The notes under the pieces were generated by a model. The model saw nothing but the letters and a program-made list of their open reading frames with translations, did not search any database and was not told where the DNA came from. A DNA stretch of 63,814 bases, filler included, from Olpidium bornovanus S191 (taxonomy: Eukaryota > Fungi > Olpidiomycota), in NCBI GenBank assembly GCA_017911155.1. It is 30 parts of 30 records of this genome, joined end to end, with 100 filler letters (N's around TTAATTAATTAA, not from the genome) between each part and the next. Parts side by side here need not be neighbours in the genome. Positions count along the whole stretch, not along the records: positions 12,763 to 16,489 come from JAEFCI010009812.1; positions 16,590 to 17,906 come from JAEFCI010010076.1; positions 18,007 to 19,029 come from JAEFCI010011804.1; positions 19,130 to 21,505 come from JAEFCI010001552.1; positions 21,606 to 22,717 come from JAEFCI010006000.1; positions 22,818 to 23,885 come from JAEFCI010006921.1; positions 23,986 to 27,931 come from JAEFCI010012653.1; 23 more parts are not named here. One strand, 5' to 3'. The position numbers and the translations under genes were made by a program. This document shows positions 13,000-24,212 of this stretch, piece by piece. Position 1 is the stretch's first letter. Each line of letters begins with the position of its first letter.

Positions 13000-14006
13000 C
13001 ATCTACGAGCTCGCCATCCGTCAACAGCCTAAACAGTCGAGGATGTGCAACATAAAGGAAACGGGAATCATCCGGAGGGGTGCGTGTCCAAAAATTATTT
13101 TTTTCTAACAAGTATCTTCATCGTAGCTCCGTTCCGCAGCCGTTTTGGAAAATTCCTTCGTGCCGTCGCGCGCGTCAATTGGCGGTTTTCCGCAGAGATC
13201 TGACTTTTCCTTTTTTCTTCTTTCTTTTTTCTTTTTTCTTCTTTCTTTTTTCTTTTTTTTCTGTGTTTTTTTCCTTTTTTTTTTTTTTTTTGTTGCGCGC
13301 GCCAAATACCAGCGGACCGTCGCCCGGTCGATCCGCCGCCTGTCCTCCAATTGACCGTCGTGGATCCGGGCGCGCCCGGGTTCGAAAAGTAGGTGGCTGC
13401 CCTTTTGGACCCGGTCGGGGAGAAAAAGAGGGGGGGGAGGGGGGGGGGTTGCCGCATCTTCGTCATCCTTCCGCGGATTTTTTTTTCCTCTCGTCGTATT
13501 GAAAGAATTCGGATGAACATCCCCCCACGTCCCGCCCGCCTCCCCCTTCCCCCAACCGCACAAAACCAAAAAAAGGTCCTTCCTCCACAATCCGTTCTAC
13601 TTCGCGTACGCGTCCATCCTGGTCGCGGAGAGCGGCCAGGAGCTGTACTACATGCCGGACGGCCGCACCCACGTGACAAACGGGAGCGTGGTCTCCAGCC
13701 TCTACCTGCGGAAGGACGTCAACAACGCGGACGGCGGCTTTTTTGTCTTCCCGGCGCTGAGCATCCGCCTCGAGGGGAGGTTTCGGCTGAAATTCTCGCT
13801 TTTCGAGATCGTGGGGAAGGACGTGTTCTACTGCACGAGCGTCGTGAGCGACCCGTTCACGGTGTATTCGGCCAAGAATTTCCCCGGGATGGACGGTGCG
13901 TGGCCTTTGCTTCTGCCAGGGAAACGACCGCTTCCGCACACACACCCCCTACCATCACCACCACGCGCGCGCAGCGATCCCACGAAGAAAGTTTAGGGCA
14001 GCCGTG

Positions 14007-14037
<31 letters not shown>

Positions 14038-15782
14038 CAAACCGCCGTTGTCGCCTCGGACTCCGGAAAACCAGAATCCACGTTCCTGTCTCGCTCGTTC
14101 GCGGAGCAAGGTCTCAAAATCCGCTTCAGGAAGGAGCTGCTGCTATGGCGGTACATAGCTCCTGATACCGGTTGTTGTCGTACACTTTCTTCTAGAACGG
14201 GACCCTGATACCTACTGGTTTTGATCAAACCGATGCAGTCGGCGGGGCAAGCGCGCTTCGAAAGACGAGGACGCTGAAGAAACCGATGACGATTCTCGGA
14301 GACAGCGGCATGCGAACGTCAACTGCGACAGAAATTCCGTGACGGAGTCCGCCAGCGGAGCATCCCAGCGGTCGGCGAAAAGAATTGCTTCCGGTTGTGC
14401 CGAGGGCGACGACCGTCACGTCGGCGTTCGTGGCAGTTGCGGCGGCGGGGCCCAGCGCGACACCCAACCCGGAGGGTTCATCCTGCCGCCACCTGCGTAC
14501 GGTAAGTCTGGCCCACCGGGATCCGCTGGGTTTTTCTTTCTTTTTTTTTGTCAACGCCGATCAAAGTTGCAGAGTTGCGACGGGGATCTTCACACTTTTT
14601 TTCGCATTTAAAAAAGCGTACGGACATTACGGCTACGGCTCGCGCTATCCTGCCGGCGCATGCGGCGACGGGGTGCCGCGGCTAGCACCGGGTTCTGCGC
14701 CGCACGAACGCGTGCCGGCGTCGCCGGCCGCCATGCTGTGCGCAGGCGGTGCTTGCCCCTGCTCCTACGGGGCTCCGCACACGAGCGGACTGATGATGGA
14801 ACCGACGCTGTTCGGCCGGCACCGCACGCAGATGCCACTGGTCGGGCAGTCCGAGGTCCTGCCGGCCCAAGCCGCTCTCCCGGTCCACCCGCTGCACCGG
14901 CCGGAGGACAGCTGGCAGTATTTGCCCTACGAATTCGGCAGGGCGGATTCCGCGGCAAGAACGGCAAACCCGGTGTCGTGGGCGGGGGCGTCGCCGCTTT
15001 TCCACGGCTACCATGCGCATCGCGCCGGGGCGACCGGGCTGGAGGGAGCGCCCGGGCTGGAGGGGGAGCCCGGGTGGGAGGAGGCCGCCGCGCCGCACGG
15101 CGGCAGCGGCCGCTACCATCACCGCCACTATTATCTCCACCAGGAGAGCCGCGGCAAGGATTTCGCGGACGCGGACGACGGCTTGACGGGGGCGCAGGCG
15201 GACGGCGTCGCGTCCGGGAGGAGGAAGGGCCCGGCGCCCGGCGACGGCGACCTCGCGGACCGCGCGAACGGGCGTCTCGACGGCCAGGCGCAGCAGCAGC
15301 AGCACGCGAGGCGCGCGGCCTCCTCGCCGTCGTCGTCGCCGTTCGGCGCGAGCGAGAGTTCCAGGTCCGCAGCCAGCCTGCGAGCCGGGCGGCACGCGGG
15401 CCCTGTCGCGGCGAACGGCGGCGGCTACGTTTCGTTGGCGGGCTGCCCGTCGGCGTCGCCGCCGTCGACGTACGGCGCGGAGACCCCCGCGGGCGCCGGC
15501 CCGCCCGGCGGGCTGTTTTTCTCCCCGGGCAGCGCGCGGCCGGGCGGACGCCGCCGGCACTCGCCCGAGGCCGCCCGCGGCTCTTCGACCCCCGTGCCGG
15601 CCGTGCTGCGGACCGGCGGCGGCGGCGGGCCGGCCGCTCCCTCTGCCGGGGACTGGGCGGCCACGCCCCGGGCCGTACCGCCTTGTGCTCCGGGCAAGTG
15701 GGCGGCGGCGGCGGCCGGCATGTCAGACTTCGTCCCGGGAAAGCCTCGCGAGTTCGCGGAGACGCCGCCGAGGCTGGCCTGA
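13000..15782 (+). CDS. Velvet-domain transcription factor (VosA/VelB-like), first exon missing
   Basis: Exons encode YELAIRQQPKQSRMC, DRRPVDPPPVLQL, SFLHNPFYFAYASI, GSVVSSLYLRKD...GGFFVFPALSIRLEGRFRLKFSLFEI, VSDPFTVYSAKNFPGM and ESTFLSRSFAEQGLKIRFRKE, then a long disordered tail to the stop at 15782. Confidence 0.93.
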
Positions 15783-16819
15783 AGAAAGGAAAAAAAAAAA
15801 AAAAAAAAAAAAAAGGCTTTTCCGGCGGGGGGCGTTCGCGCGGCGTTCCCCGCCGACATCAGCTGCGCGCGCTCCCCGTCTCTTCTCCCCGTCGCTTCAG
15901 CATCGTTTTCCTTTTTAAGAATCAACCGGCTCCACAGCCATCGTCAGCCTTGGCATCGGTATTTTTGGCTCCCATCCACTGTCAATATTACTTGCGGACC
16001 ATCAGGACAACGACAGGAACCACACCATCAAAGGTTTGCAGACTACGGCGTTGTCTGGACACGAGCGAATGTCGGAAGATTTCCAGCGCTCCCGGTTCCT
16101 TTGAAAGGAACGTCATACACGATCTATAGCGGGCACCCGCGAACAACAAAAACAACTGTCTTTGCATTTGGACCTGATTCTCTCTGACGTGTACCACATT
16201 CTGGAAGATGTCTGCGAGCGGTTTTTGACGAGATGGGGGTGTTACGCTTAATCAAGTCGCAGTATATGGTCGTTTATGCGATTCGGTTGTCGAATGGTTT
16301 GAGGCTCAACCCGTAGATTTCCAGGGGTAACAATGCTCGCTATGTTGGGAGTTTAATGCGGGGGTTGAAACTGTTTGTTCTCTTGAGAGATTTCGCAATC
16401 CGAGAATCGTGTGGAACGCCCGAGTTGTAATAAGAGGAATAAGAAAGGAAGTTCGAAGAGTTCAAGCGCGCGCCATTGAGCCTCACATGNNNNNNNNNNN
16501 NNNNNNNNNNNNNNNNNNNNNNNNNNNNNNNNNTTAATTAATTAANNNNNNNNNNNNNNNNNNNNNNNNNNNNNNNNNNNNNNNNNNNNGCATGTCGCAG
16601 GTCTAGGCTTGGTTGACCAAAGGCGGGGACATCGGGGGGGGGGAGGGGGGGATATGAGTGCCGCAGATCAACAAAGCAGCGCCTAGCAGAATCCAGTGCA
16701 GAGATTGAGAGGGGGGGGGAGGTTCCAACAAAACGGCCGAACGTGCGAGAGATATAATGGGAGAGATATTGTACAAGCCCGGAAACGGACCCACCCGGAA
16801 ACACTCAATGCACCACAGG

Positions 16820-17906
16820 TCATCTGGCATTCCTCCTCTTCAGCGCGCAGTACTCCGCCCATTCCTTCCGGCCAAAGAGCCGGGCGACCAGGCCTTCGAA
16901 CCTAGGGGGAACGTACATTGCCCGGGCGAGCCTCCCGGAGCGCGCCGAATCCAAGAAAGGCTGGCAAAGGACACGTGACCAGGTTTTGTCCTGCAAAGCA
17001 TAGCGCGGTTCCAGCGGCGAAGGCGGTGGGGCTGCGGGGGAGGTATAGTCCAAGTCTACCAGGTAGTCACACTGAGAGACAGGCACCTGGGAGGGACGAG
17101 GAGGCCGGGGGAGAATAAACGGAAACATTTGTTCGGAACGGAACGAAAGATGCGGCGTCAGGTAACTGCGGAAAGTCGCAAAGCCGTGAGCGCCACGGCG
17201 TTAAAGAGGCCAACCAACGGTAAAACGGAGCCTTCGGAGGAGTCTCCCGAGTCTTCCCGGGAGACTTGAAAATTTTTGGTAATACCTTCGACGGTAAAAT
17301 ACAGCACGCACCACGGCGTCAAATGGGTCAAACTGAACACAGCGGTCTCTGACTTACATATCGATCTTCCTCCTCGTTGTTGACGTCATTCATCTTCATC
17401 ACAGGCTCACGCCAAGTCCCCTCCCGGTTGCTCCTCCACTCTGCGATGCCGTTACCGCGGCGGCGGGCCGTGGGGAACTCGCCGGGCAGCAGCCCGCAAA
17501 ACTCGGACTTCAGGAACTTCAGCCTGGCCCTGTCCGGCAGAAAGTAATGCCCCGGGAACCGGTGCCACTCTTTGCCGACACACACGTTCGCGGCCGTCTG
17601 GTTTGCGCGCGATATCTCGGCGGACAAACCGGCGTAGACGTCAAGCGGGGCGCGGTAGTTGGCCACGAGCGCGGCGATCCGGGAGAGTGACACGCTGAGG
17701 TACGCCGCGAAGCAGACGAACACCGCCAACCGCGCCAGGAGCCGCGCCCGTTCCGGCCTGCAGGCCAGAACGGCCGCGCGGGCCACATGCTTCCGTACGA
17801 AGAAAATGGCCACCGCGGCATTAAAGGATATGAGCGGGTAGATTGGAAACAGAAAACGTTCTTCTTTGTGAGACTGCGCCAGGAAAATGAGCAGCCACAG
17901 GTAGGC
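16820..17906 (-). CDS. ALG9: ALG9 alpha-1,2-mannosyltransferase (GT22), C-terminal two exons
   Basis: HKEERFLFPIYP, CVGKEWHRFP, FLKSEFCGLLP, MNDVNNEEEDRY, CDYLVDLD, EPRY and PFLD...RLARAMY. Confidence 0.92.
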
Positions 17907-18257
17907 NNNNNNNNNNNNNNNNNNNNNNNNNNNNNNNNNNNNNNNNNNNNTTAATTAATTAANNNNNNNNNNNNNNNNNNNNNNNNNNNNNNNNNNNNNN
18001 NNNNNNGACATGAAATAAAAGGGCGGGAAGTTGGGGGCGGACAATTTTCGCCCTGGTCGTTCGTTTGACGAACAAAAACCGTGCAAGTTCCGTTTCGCGG
18101 CGATCACGCCGGGAGATGCAACAACGCGCGACTCGAACAAAAACAAAAAGAGGAACAGAAAAACTCTCCCAAGATAAGAGAGGTGGCCAGGGGTGGAGTG
18201 GGGTGCCATCGCTAGTTTCGGGCCCGGGTGCAAATGGGGTTTAAGCAAATCACTCAC

Positions 18258-18569
18258 CAACTCCCTGCTTGCGGTACGCCTTGTCTACGACCAGCATCGC
18301 AATGTAACCCCGCAGAGTCCCTGCGCCGTGCGTGTCCAGTTTGCAGATGATGGTGCCCACGCAACACGCCCCGTCTCTCATCTGTACCCCCCCCCCCCCC
18401 CCGCCCCGCCGTTTCACGCGCGAGTAAAATATTGAAACGTGTTAACAAGGGGAAAGCAATAAATTTGCGGGGTTCCACGGGGCGTTGCGCGCGAGCGTCC
18501 CGGTTCGAGAAACTTACCACGAAGCAAAGCTCTGGCCAGTTGTGGAGGAAGTACCGGTACGTGTAGATG
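18258..18569 (-). CDS. NAA30 (MAK3): N-terminal acetyltransferase C catalytic subunit, two internal exons
   Basis: Exon 18569-18518 encodes IYTYRYFLHNWPELCFV. Exon 18381-18258 encodes MRDGACCVGTIICKLDTHGAGTLRGYIAMLVVDKAYRKQGV. Both have canonical splice sites; the second is absent from the ORF track. Confidence 0.88.
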
Positions 18570-18964
18570 CTATTTTTAACACGTTCGCAGAAAAAAATTA
18601 AAAAGAAGCGCCGGAAACAGATTTCAAGGTAAGAACGGGGGAAAAAACGAGCGAAAAGAACGCTTTTTGGTCCCGGTTTGCGAGGCGAGCCGAAAGCGTC
18701 GGGGCGGAACCAGTCAAAAAAAAACACGTGCCATCATTCACAGACGACGCGCCGCCCCCACCCCGACAACAACGGAGAACATCCATGGTATCGGCGGTCG
18801 ACGGCGGCGGCGATTGCGGTGGGAATGGGCGGTGGGACGGGTTGAGGGAAGTGGTTCGGGTGATTCGCGCACCTGTACGGTTCTGGGGTGCGGGCGGACA
18901 AGGGAAGAGCGCGATTGGCCCCATTCAGCATTTTCCTAACGAACACCCTCTTGCCACTCTCCGC

Positions 18965-18999
<35 letters not shown>

Positions 19000-19837
19000 T
19001 CCCCCCCCCCCCCCCCCCCCGCGCGCGCANNNNNNNNNNNNNNNNNNNNNNNNNNNNNNNNNNNNNNNNNNNNTTAATTAATTAANNNNNNNNNNNNNNN
19101 NNNNNNNNNNNNNNNNNNNNNNNNNNNNNCATGCGGCAGCTGTCGGAATCGATGGTACGCTCGCGAGATGTCCAGTGTAACCGGTCGATCGATCCACTGG
19201 CAGTGATGTGCGGCCGCGCCCAATTCGGTGCCTCGTTGATAACTGCTTCGAAAACGACATCGCTTTCCAGCTACGACGACGGTCAGACGGGTGCGCCAAG
19301 GGAATCCCCGTTCGTTTTCCTCTTTTCTCGGCGCGAGCTGCAACGTCCAACTTTCCTCCCCAAACATCCCGCACCTGACCCCACCCCCTTTTTCCACCCT
19401 TTAATCCAACCGCAGCGGATGCGGACGCAGGTGCCGTCGTGACGACGTTTGAACCCGTTTTTTTCAATGGTTAATTTGCATAACGGTCCGGCAAAAAAAA
19501 AAAAAAAAAAAAGACAGGGAACGCCGACGGTACGGACGCACTTTCTTCCCCTCTCATCCCTCTCCCCCTACCCTCCACCCCATTTCCCGGCCCCCTCCCC
19601 TCCCAATAACCCGGCATTAACAAATAGCAAATTAAGTTCTTTCAACGTGAATATGTGGGTTATCGAATGACGGAAGGCAGTGTGACGGAAGGGCGCGACC
19701 TTTGAACCCGCGAGGAGTTCGGCGTTTGCACGTGAGCAATAATCCCCGCAGTTTGTCTCCTCTCCGTTTTTTTGTATCTCTGGATCCTCGGACCGCTCTC
19801 CGCCGGGAGGAAGCGCGGTGGTGGCAGAAGAGAGGTC

Positions 19838-20554
19838 TCAGCGCTGGAACTCTTGTTGTAGTTGCAACCTTTTTTTTTTTTTTTTTTTTGGCAGGACGGG
19901 TCGGCGGCGAGAGGATTTTCAGAGCAACACGATCAGCAAAAAGCAGTCGCCGGCCGATCGGAAGGGGGGGGGGAGAGCGATATCAACGTACGCGTCTAGT
20001 TTAGCCACCGCCACCTGGAACCGCGGCGGGAGGGGGGGAGGGTCCGGTCAGCAACAAACCCTTTTTTTTTTGCCAGCGCCGCCGGAAATGAAAATCGGGG
20101 ACGGTACCTGGTTCAGCAATACCTGGATCTTAAATTTCAACAAGCTGTTCTCGTCCTGCAATTCCCTATTCTTCCGGAGGAGGTTCTTAATCTGCTTGTT
20201 GTCTCCCGCGGTGGACCCGTTTACTTTGTTGGTTGGGGGAAATGGGGAGTGAACGAGAAATTTATTTTTTGGTTTGATTTTTTTGCACGCCCAAACCTCA
20301 CCTAATTCTCATTTCCCCTCCTTCTCCTCCTCCATCTCCATCCCAAAATACAAAAAGAAAACCCCCCTGAATAAAAAAAACATACGGACGTGCCAGGTCC
20401 CCTCGTCGAACACGGCCTGGACGTCGCTGAGGCGCAGGTGGATGGGCTCATTGGTGTCGTCATCGCCGCGCAGCAGCAGCCGCCGTCTGGCGGCGGCGGA
20501 CGTCAGCGACGGCGAGGTCGAGAGCCTCCGCTTGACGTCGCCCCAGTAGTCCAT
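19838..20554 (-). CDS. CBY1: Chibby-family basal body / transition-fibre protein, complete, 4 exons, 112 aa
   Basis: Exons 20554-20386, 20223-20108, 20014-19992 and 19868-19838 sum to 339 nt in consistent phase with GT-AG introns. IHLRLSDVQAVFDEGTW and NRELQDENSLLKFKIQVLLNQ parallel human CBY1 TMNLAGQSLKFENGQW and NQQLEEENNLLRLKVDILLDM. Confidence 0.8.
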
Positions 20555-21204
20555 TTTTTTTGTTGTGTGTGCGCGGCGGCGTGGGTGGCGTGCGTGAGTG
20601 AGTGTGTGTGAGAGATGCAGGGAGGAGGAAACGCGTATTTTTTTTATTTTTGCGGGTTTCCTCGCAATTCTTCCCCCCGGCTCGCCGCTGTCCCCGCTTT
20701 CCGCTCCTTCCCTCCATTCCCCCCTCCTTTCCCCCCGCCTTTCCCCCACTTCCTCCCAGAGATTCACGGTCAGCAAAAAAAAACCTGCTTGCCTTCGGCC
20801 CTATTCTCCTCAGTTTTTCTTCACGTGTCAGGCTGCGGGGAGGGGCTAATGGTGCGGGTCACCAAACATTCCCCCCAACGCGTTTTTTTGTCGCGTTTAT
20901 TTTCGCGTTTTCGCCCCACACCACGCGCGCCCTCCCTTTGGACGGTTCTTTCTTTTCTCCCTTTCCCCCCTTCCGACCATCCCACCAACCCACCAGCCCG
21001 CACACCCATATATTGTTTGCACGTCGGTTGCTGCACGTCGTCGAGTTTACGTCGCCTTCGAGAGACGGTGTTGAGTGGCTTGGAGTCCTGCATCCCGTGC
21101 TTCTCAAGCCCCCCTGAGCTGGTCCTGGTCACCGGCATAAGGTGCCACCGTGTGTGACAGGCGGAAAGACAGGCGGATAGCGGAGGGAAAACCGACGGAA
21201 AACC

Positions 21205-21325
21205 GACAAACGATGGACGGAAAACGGACAGAAGACGGATGGAAGACGGATGCAAGACGGCCTTAAGACGGTCTACGGGCGTGGAGAATCTGCGAATCCC
21301 GGCTCCGGCTCCGGCTCCGGCTCCG
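21205..21325. repeat. Degenerate GACGG-based short repeat followed by (CCGGCT)4
   Basis: gacggaaaaccgacggaaaaccgac...gacggatggaagacggatgcaagacgg, then ccggct x4 at 21299-21322. Confidence 0.7.
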
Positions 21326-21613
21326 CGAATTTTGATTCCTGGGGTCCCGCGAATTCGCGGATGCTGCGGACCCGACGAACCTGCGGATCCCGTGAATCGT
21401 GGCAAAACGTTGCGAACACCGGCGAACCTGCGGAATCTCTCGCGAACTTGTTCAAATTCTCGCAGAAGTCGCGGCAGGATTTGCGGCAGGATTCGAAAGG
21501 AGAGGNNNNNNNNNNNNNNNNNNNNNNNNNNNNNNNNNNNNNNNNNNNNTTAATTAATTAANNNNNNNNNNNNNNNNNNNNNNNNNNNNNNNNNNNNNNN
21601 NNNNNAAGGGGGG

Positions 21614-21651
<38 letters not shown>

Positions 21652-24212
21652 TTTTTTGGCGGCGCGCGGCCCGGCCCGCGGGCGGTTGCCCCGCCCGTCA
21701 GCGGCGCGGAAATAAAATAAGATTTCGCGGGCCTCCGGTTTTTCGAATCAATGAATTCTCAAAATTGGAGTTCCAGGGAGTGTCTGAGAACATTGCCGCT
21801 GGAAAAGCGCGTGCCCGTCCCGTCGTCAAAACGGCGCGCAACGTTTCTCGGGTCCGGTAAGGAAGGGGTGGAAGGGGGAGGGATGCCGATTCGTCCCGCA
21901 GCGCTTCTCAGCTTCATAAAAAGAAACTAAGTTGTTGGCTTGCTAATTCCGCCGATGTGGCAGTATCACGCGGCGAAGCCGCGTCGGGATTTTGGAGATT
22001 CGCTGCGAAACAGCCTCAGCGGCCAACTGGATACTTGGCGCGAGGCGCGGCACTTCGCACCGCAATTGCCCGGTACAATCGGGGCACCTGGCGATTCTGG
22101 CAAATCGTGGCGCCCCCTGCGATCCCGGTTCTGCGGGGCACCCGCCGTCGACAAAAAAAAAAAAAAAAAAAGAGCATTGGCCGCCAACTCGTTCGACACG
22201 GTGAAGCGGCGATCGCATGGAGAAGCGTCACCCCCCCTCTCCCCCCCAATCTTTCAAAGCGCAGAAGCAGCGGGTGACGGCCGGGCCCCGGGCACCTTGG
22301 AAAAAGAACTCGCCTCTGCTCAAACAAGTCTCGGCGCCGGCGTCACCCCGGCACGATCGACGTAAATACCGCTCCGTGTCGACAACCGCGGTGAAATGAG
22401 ACGGGAAGCGGAGCGAAGCACACGGACCTTCGCCGCCCCGTTCGTCCGAGAAGTCGTCGTCGACGGGAAAAGTCGACCGTTCGCTCGATCTCCGGAAAGA
22501 AGAGAGCTGCCAACGGCCCCGACAAACGGTCCGCCGAATCACAACTCCGCATTGAGAAAACGAAGGGTGACGCAACGCAAACGTGGACGCGACACGTCAC
22601 CTGGACGACGATGCCCTCGTTTTTTTTAATTATAGGGCCTGCTTTCTGAACCAGTACCTTCGGAAAGCAGCACCCGTAAACGGTTGTGCACATATTTTGA
22701 ACACAGGATGGTACATGNNNNNNNNNNNNNNNNNNNNNNNNNNNNNNNNNNNNNNNNNNNNTTAATTAATTAANNNNNNNNNNNNNNNNNNNNNNNNNNN
22801 NNNNNNNNNNNNNNNNNCATGACGCCGTGATATACTCGCGCCACGGGTCCTCCGTCGTTTTAGGAGAAGGCAAACCTGCGTGGAAACAGTTCAGGGAGGC
22901 GAAGAAGGCGTTCGCCAAGTGTGCCACGGCAAAACACGGCCTGACAACGACTCAGCGCGCAACAACACGCCCGCATAATGGCGGATGACAGGAAAATGCC
23001 CAGTCTTTCTTAACACTGTAAACTGGTGTGCTCGTCATTGTTGAATGCCCGGTGCTGTAATGCATCCGGCCCAAACCAGTTTAACAAGTGGCGCCGCTTT
23101 TTCAGCAGTTTCCCAAGCCCACCTGCGGTGGGCCGCGCGTTGTCATTGGCAGTCTCCTGAGCACGAGAACGAGTCAGGCGACGGCGACGGCGGCAACAAC
23201 AATGATCCGGCAGAAGCCCGGTGCCCCTCACCCTGTTCACACTGGTGCGCCCCCGCCCTCCCTCTGCAGAAGGGCAACATCCTCTTTTCCACCCTTCTCC
23301 CCCCTCCCCCCCACCCCGCCCAACCCCAAACAAGTTACGTTGGCCACAAAGATCCCCACCCCTTGTTCGCAATATTTGATTATACAACTAATGAGTAGGA
23401 ACTTCGCAGGTGCCGCCCCCGGGCGTCGCCCTGATTAACGATATCAATTTGCTTGTAGTTCAAGCGGCTCGGATAATAAGCAACTGTGCGGAGATATTGC
23501 AGGAACTGACCGCCAATGGGGCCTGCGACGGGAAGCATAAATTTTGGGCTTGATGCAGAGAAAGGCACTCAGTCATTTTTGTATGAGAATTGGACGGTTA
23601 CGTTAAAATTATGACATAGCCTCCACGTCTGTATCTTTTTATTTTTTTGACCTTTGCCGGCGTAGCGTTTTCTTTTTTTTTTTTTCTTTTTTCTTTTTTC
23701 TTTTTTTTCTTCTTTTTTCCTTTTTTTCTTTTTTTTTCTTCTTTTATTCTTTTTTGTCTTCTTTTCCTTTTTTCCTTTCTTAGAAAAAGAAACTGTTATA
23801 TTATTGCAGGGACCGTCCTTCAAGGAACCCTCGAAGTGAAGCATAGATTTTTCGTGTTTGATGCAGAGAAAAACATTTAGTCATGNNNNNNNNNNNNNNN
23901 NNNNNNNNNNNNNNNNNNNNNNNNNNNNNTTAATTAATTAANNNNNNNNNNNNNNNNNNNNNNNNNNNNNNNNNNNNNNNNNNNNAGGCCTTGCGGAGAA
24001 ACGCGTTTACGCGCCGCGGGCTGCGCAGTAACAGCATTTCACGGGAACTGGGCCACCGAAGCAAGGGTCCAGATGGGAGCGGTTCGATCTGCAACAATCC
24101 GACATGGGATTAAGGGGGCGAGGTGGCGGGAGGGGGCGCGGGGGGCGGTGGGGCGGGGGGAACAATCGGATTTTTCCGAGTCTGATGGGAGAAGGGGGAG
24201 GGGTGTACGCGT

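Noticed and set aside
13061-13085. Non-canonical GA-AG intron in the velvet gene (would align RMCNIKET-ADRRP without a gap)
   Set aside because: A canonical in-phase GTGCGT donor exists 15 nt downstream (13080) and only adds five residues in a loop.
14660-16129. Long overlapping or antisense ORFs (14660-16129, 14682-15560, 8289-9275, 43238-44506, 48066-49136 and similar)
   Set aside because: They are shadow frames of real genes in GC-rich, stop-poor DNA with Arg/Ala/Gly/Pro-biased translations and no motifs.
21964-22711. Three-exon hypothetical gene on contig 11
   Set aside because: Splice-like signals exist, but the phases lead to an early stop and no family is recognisable, so support is too weak to list.
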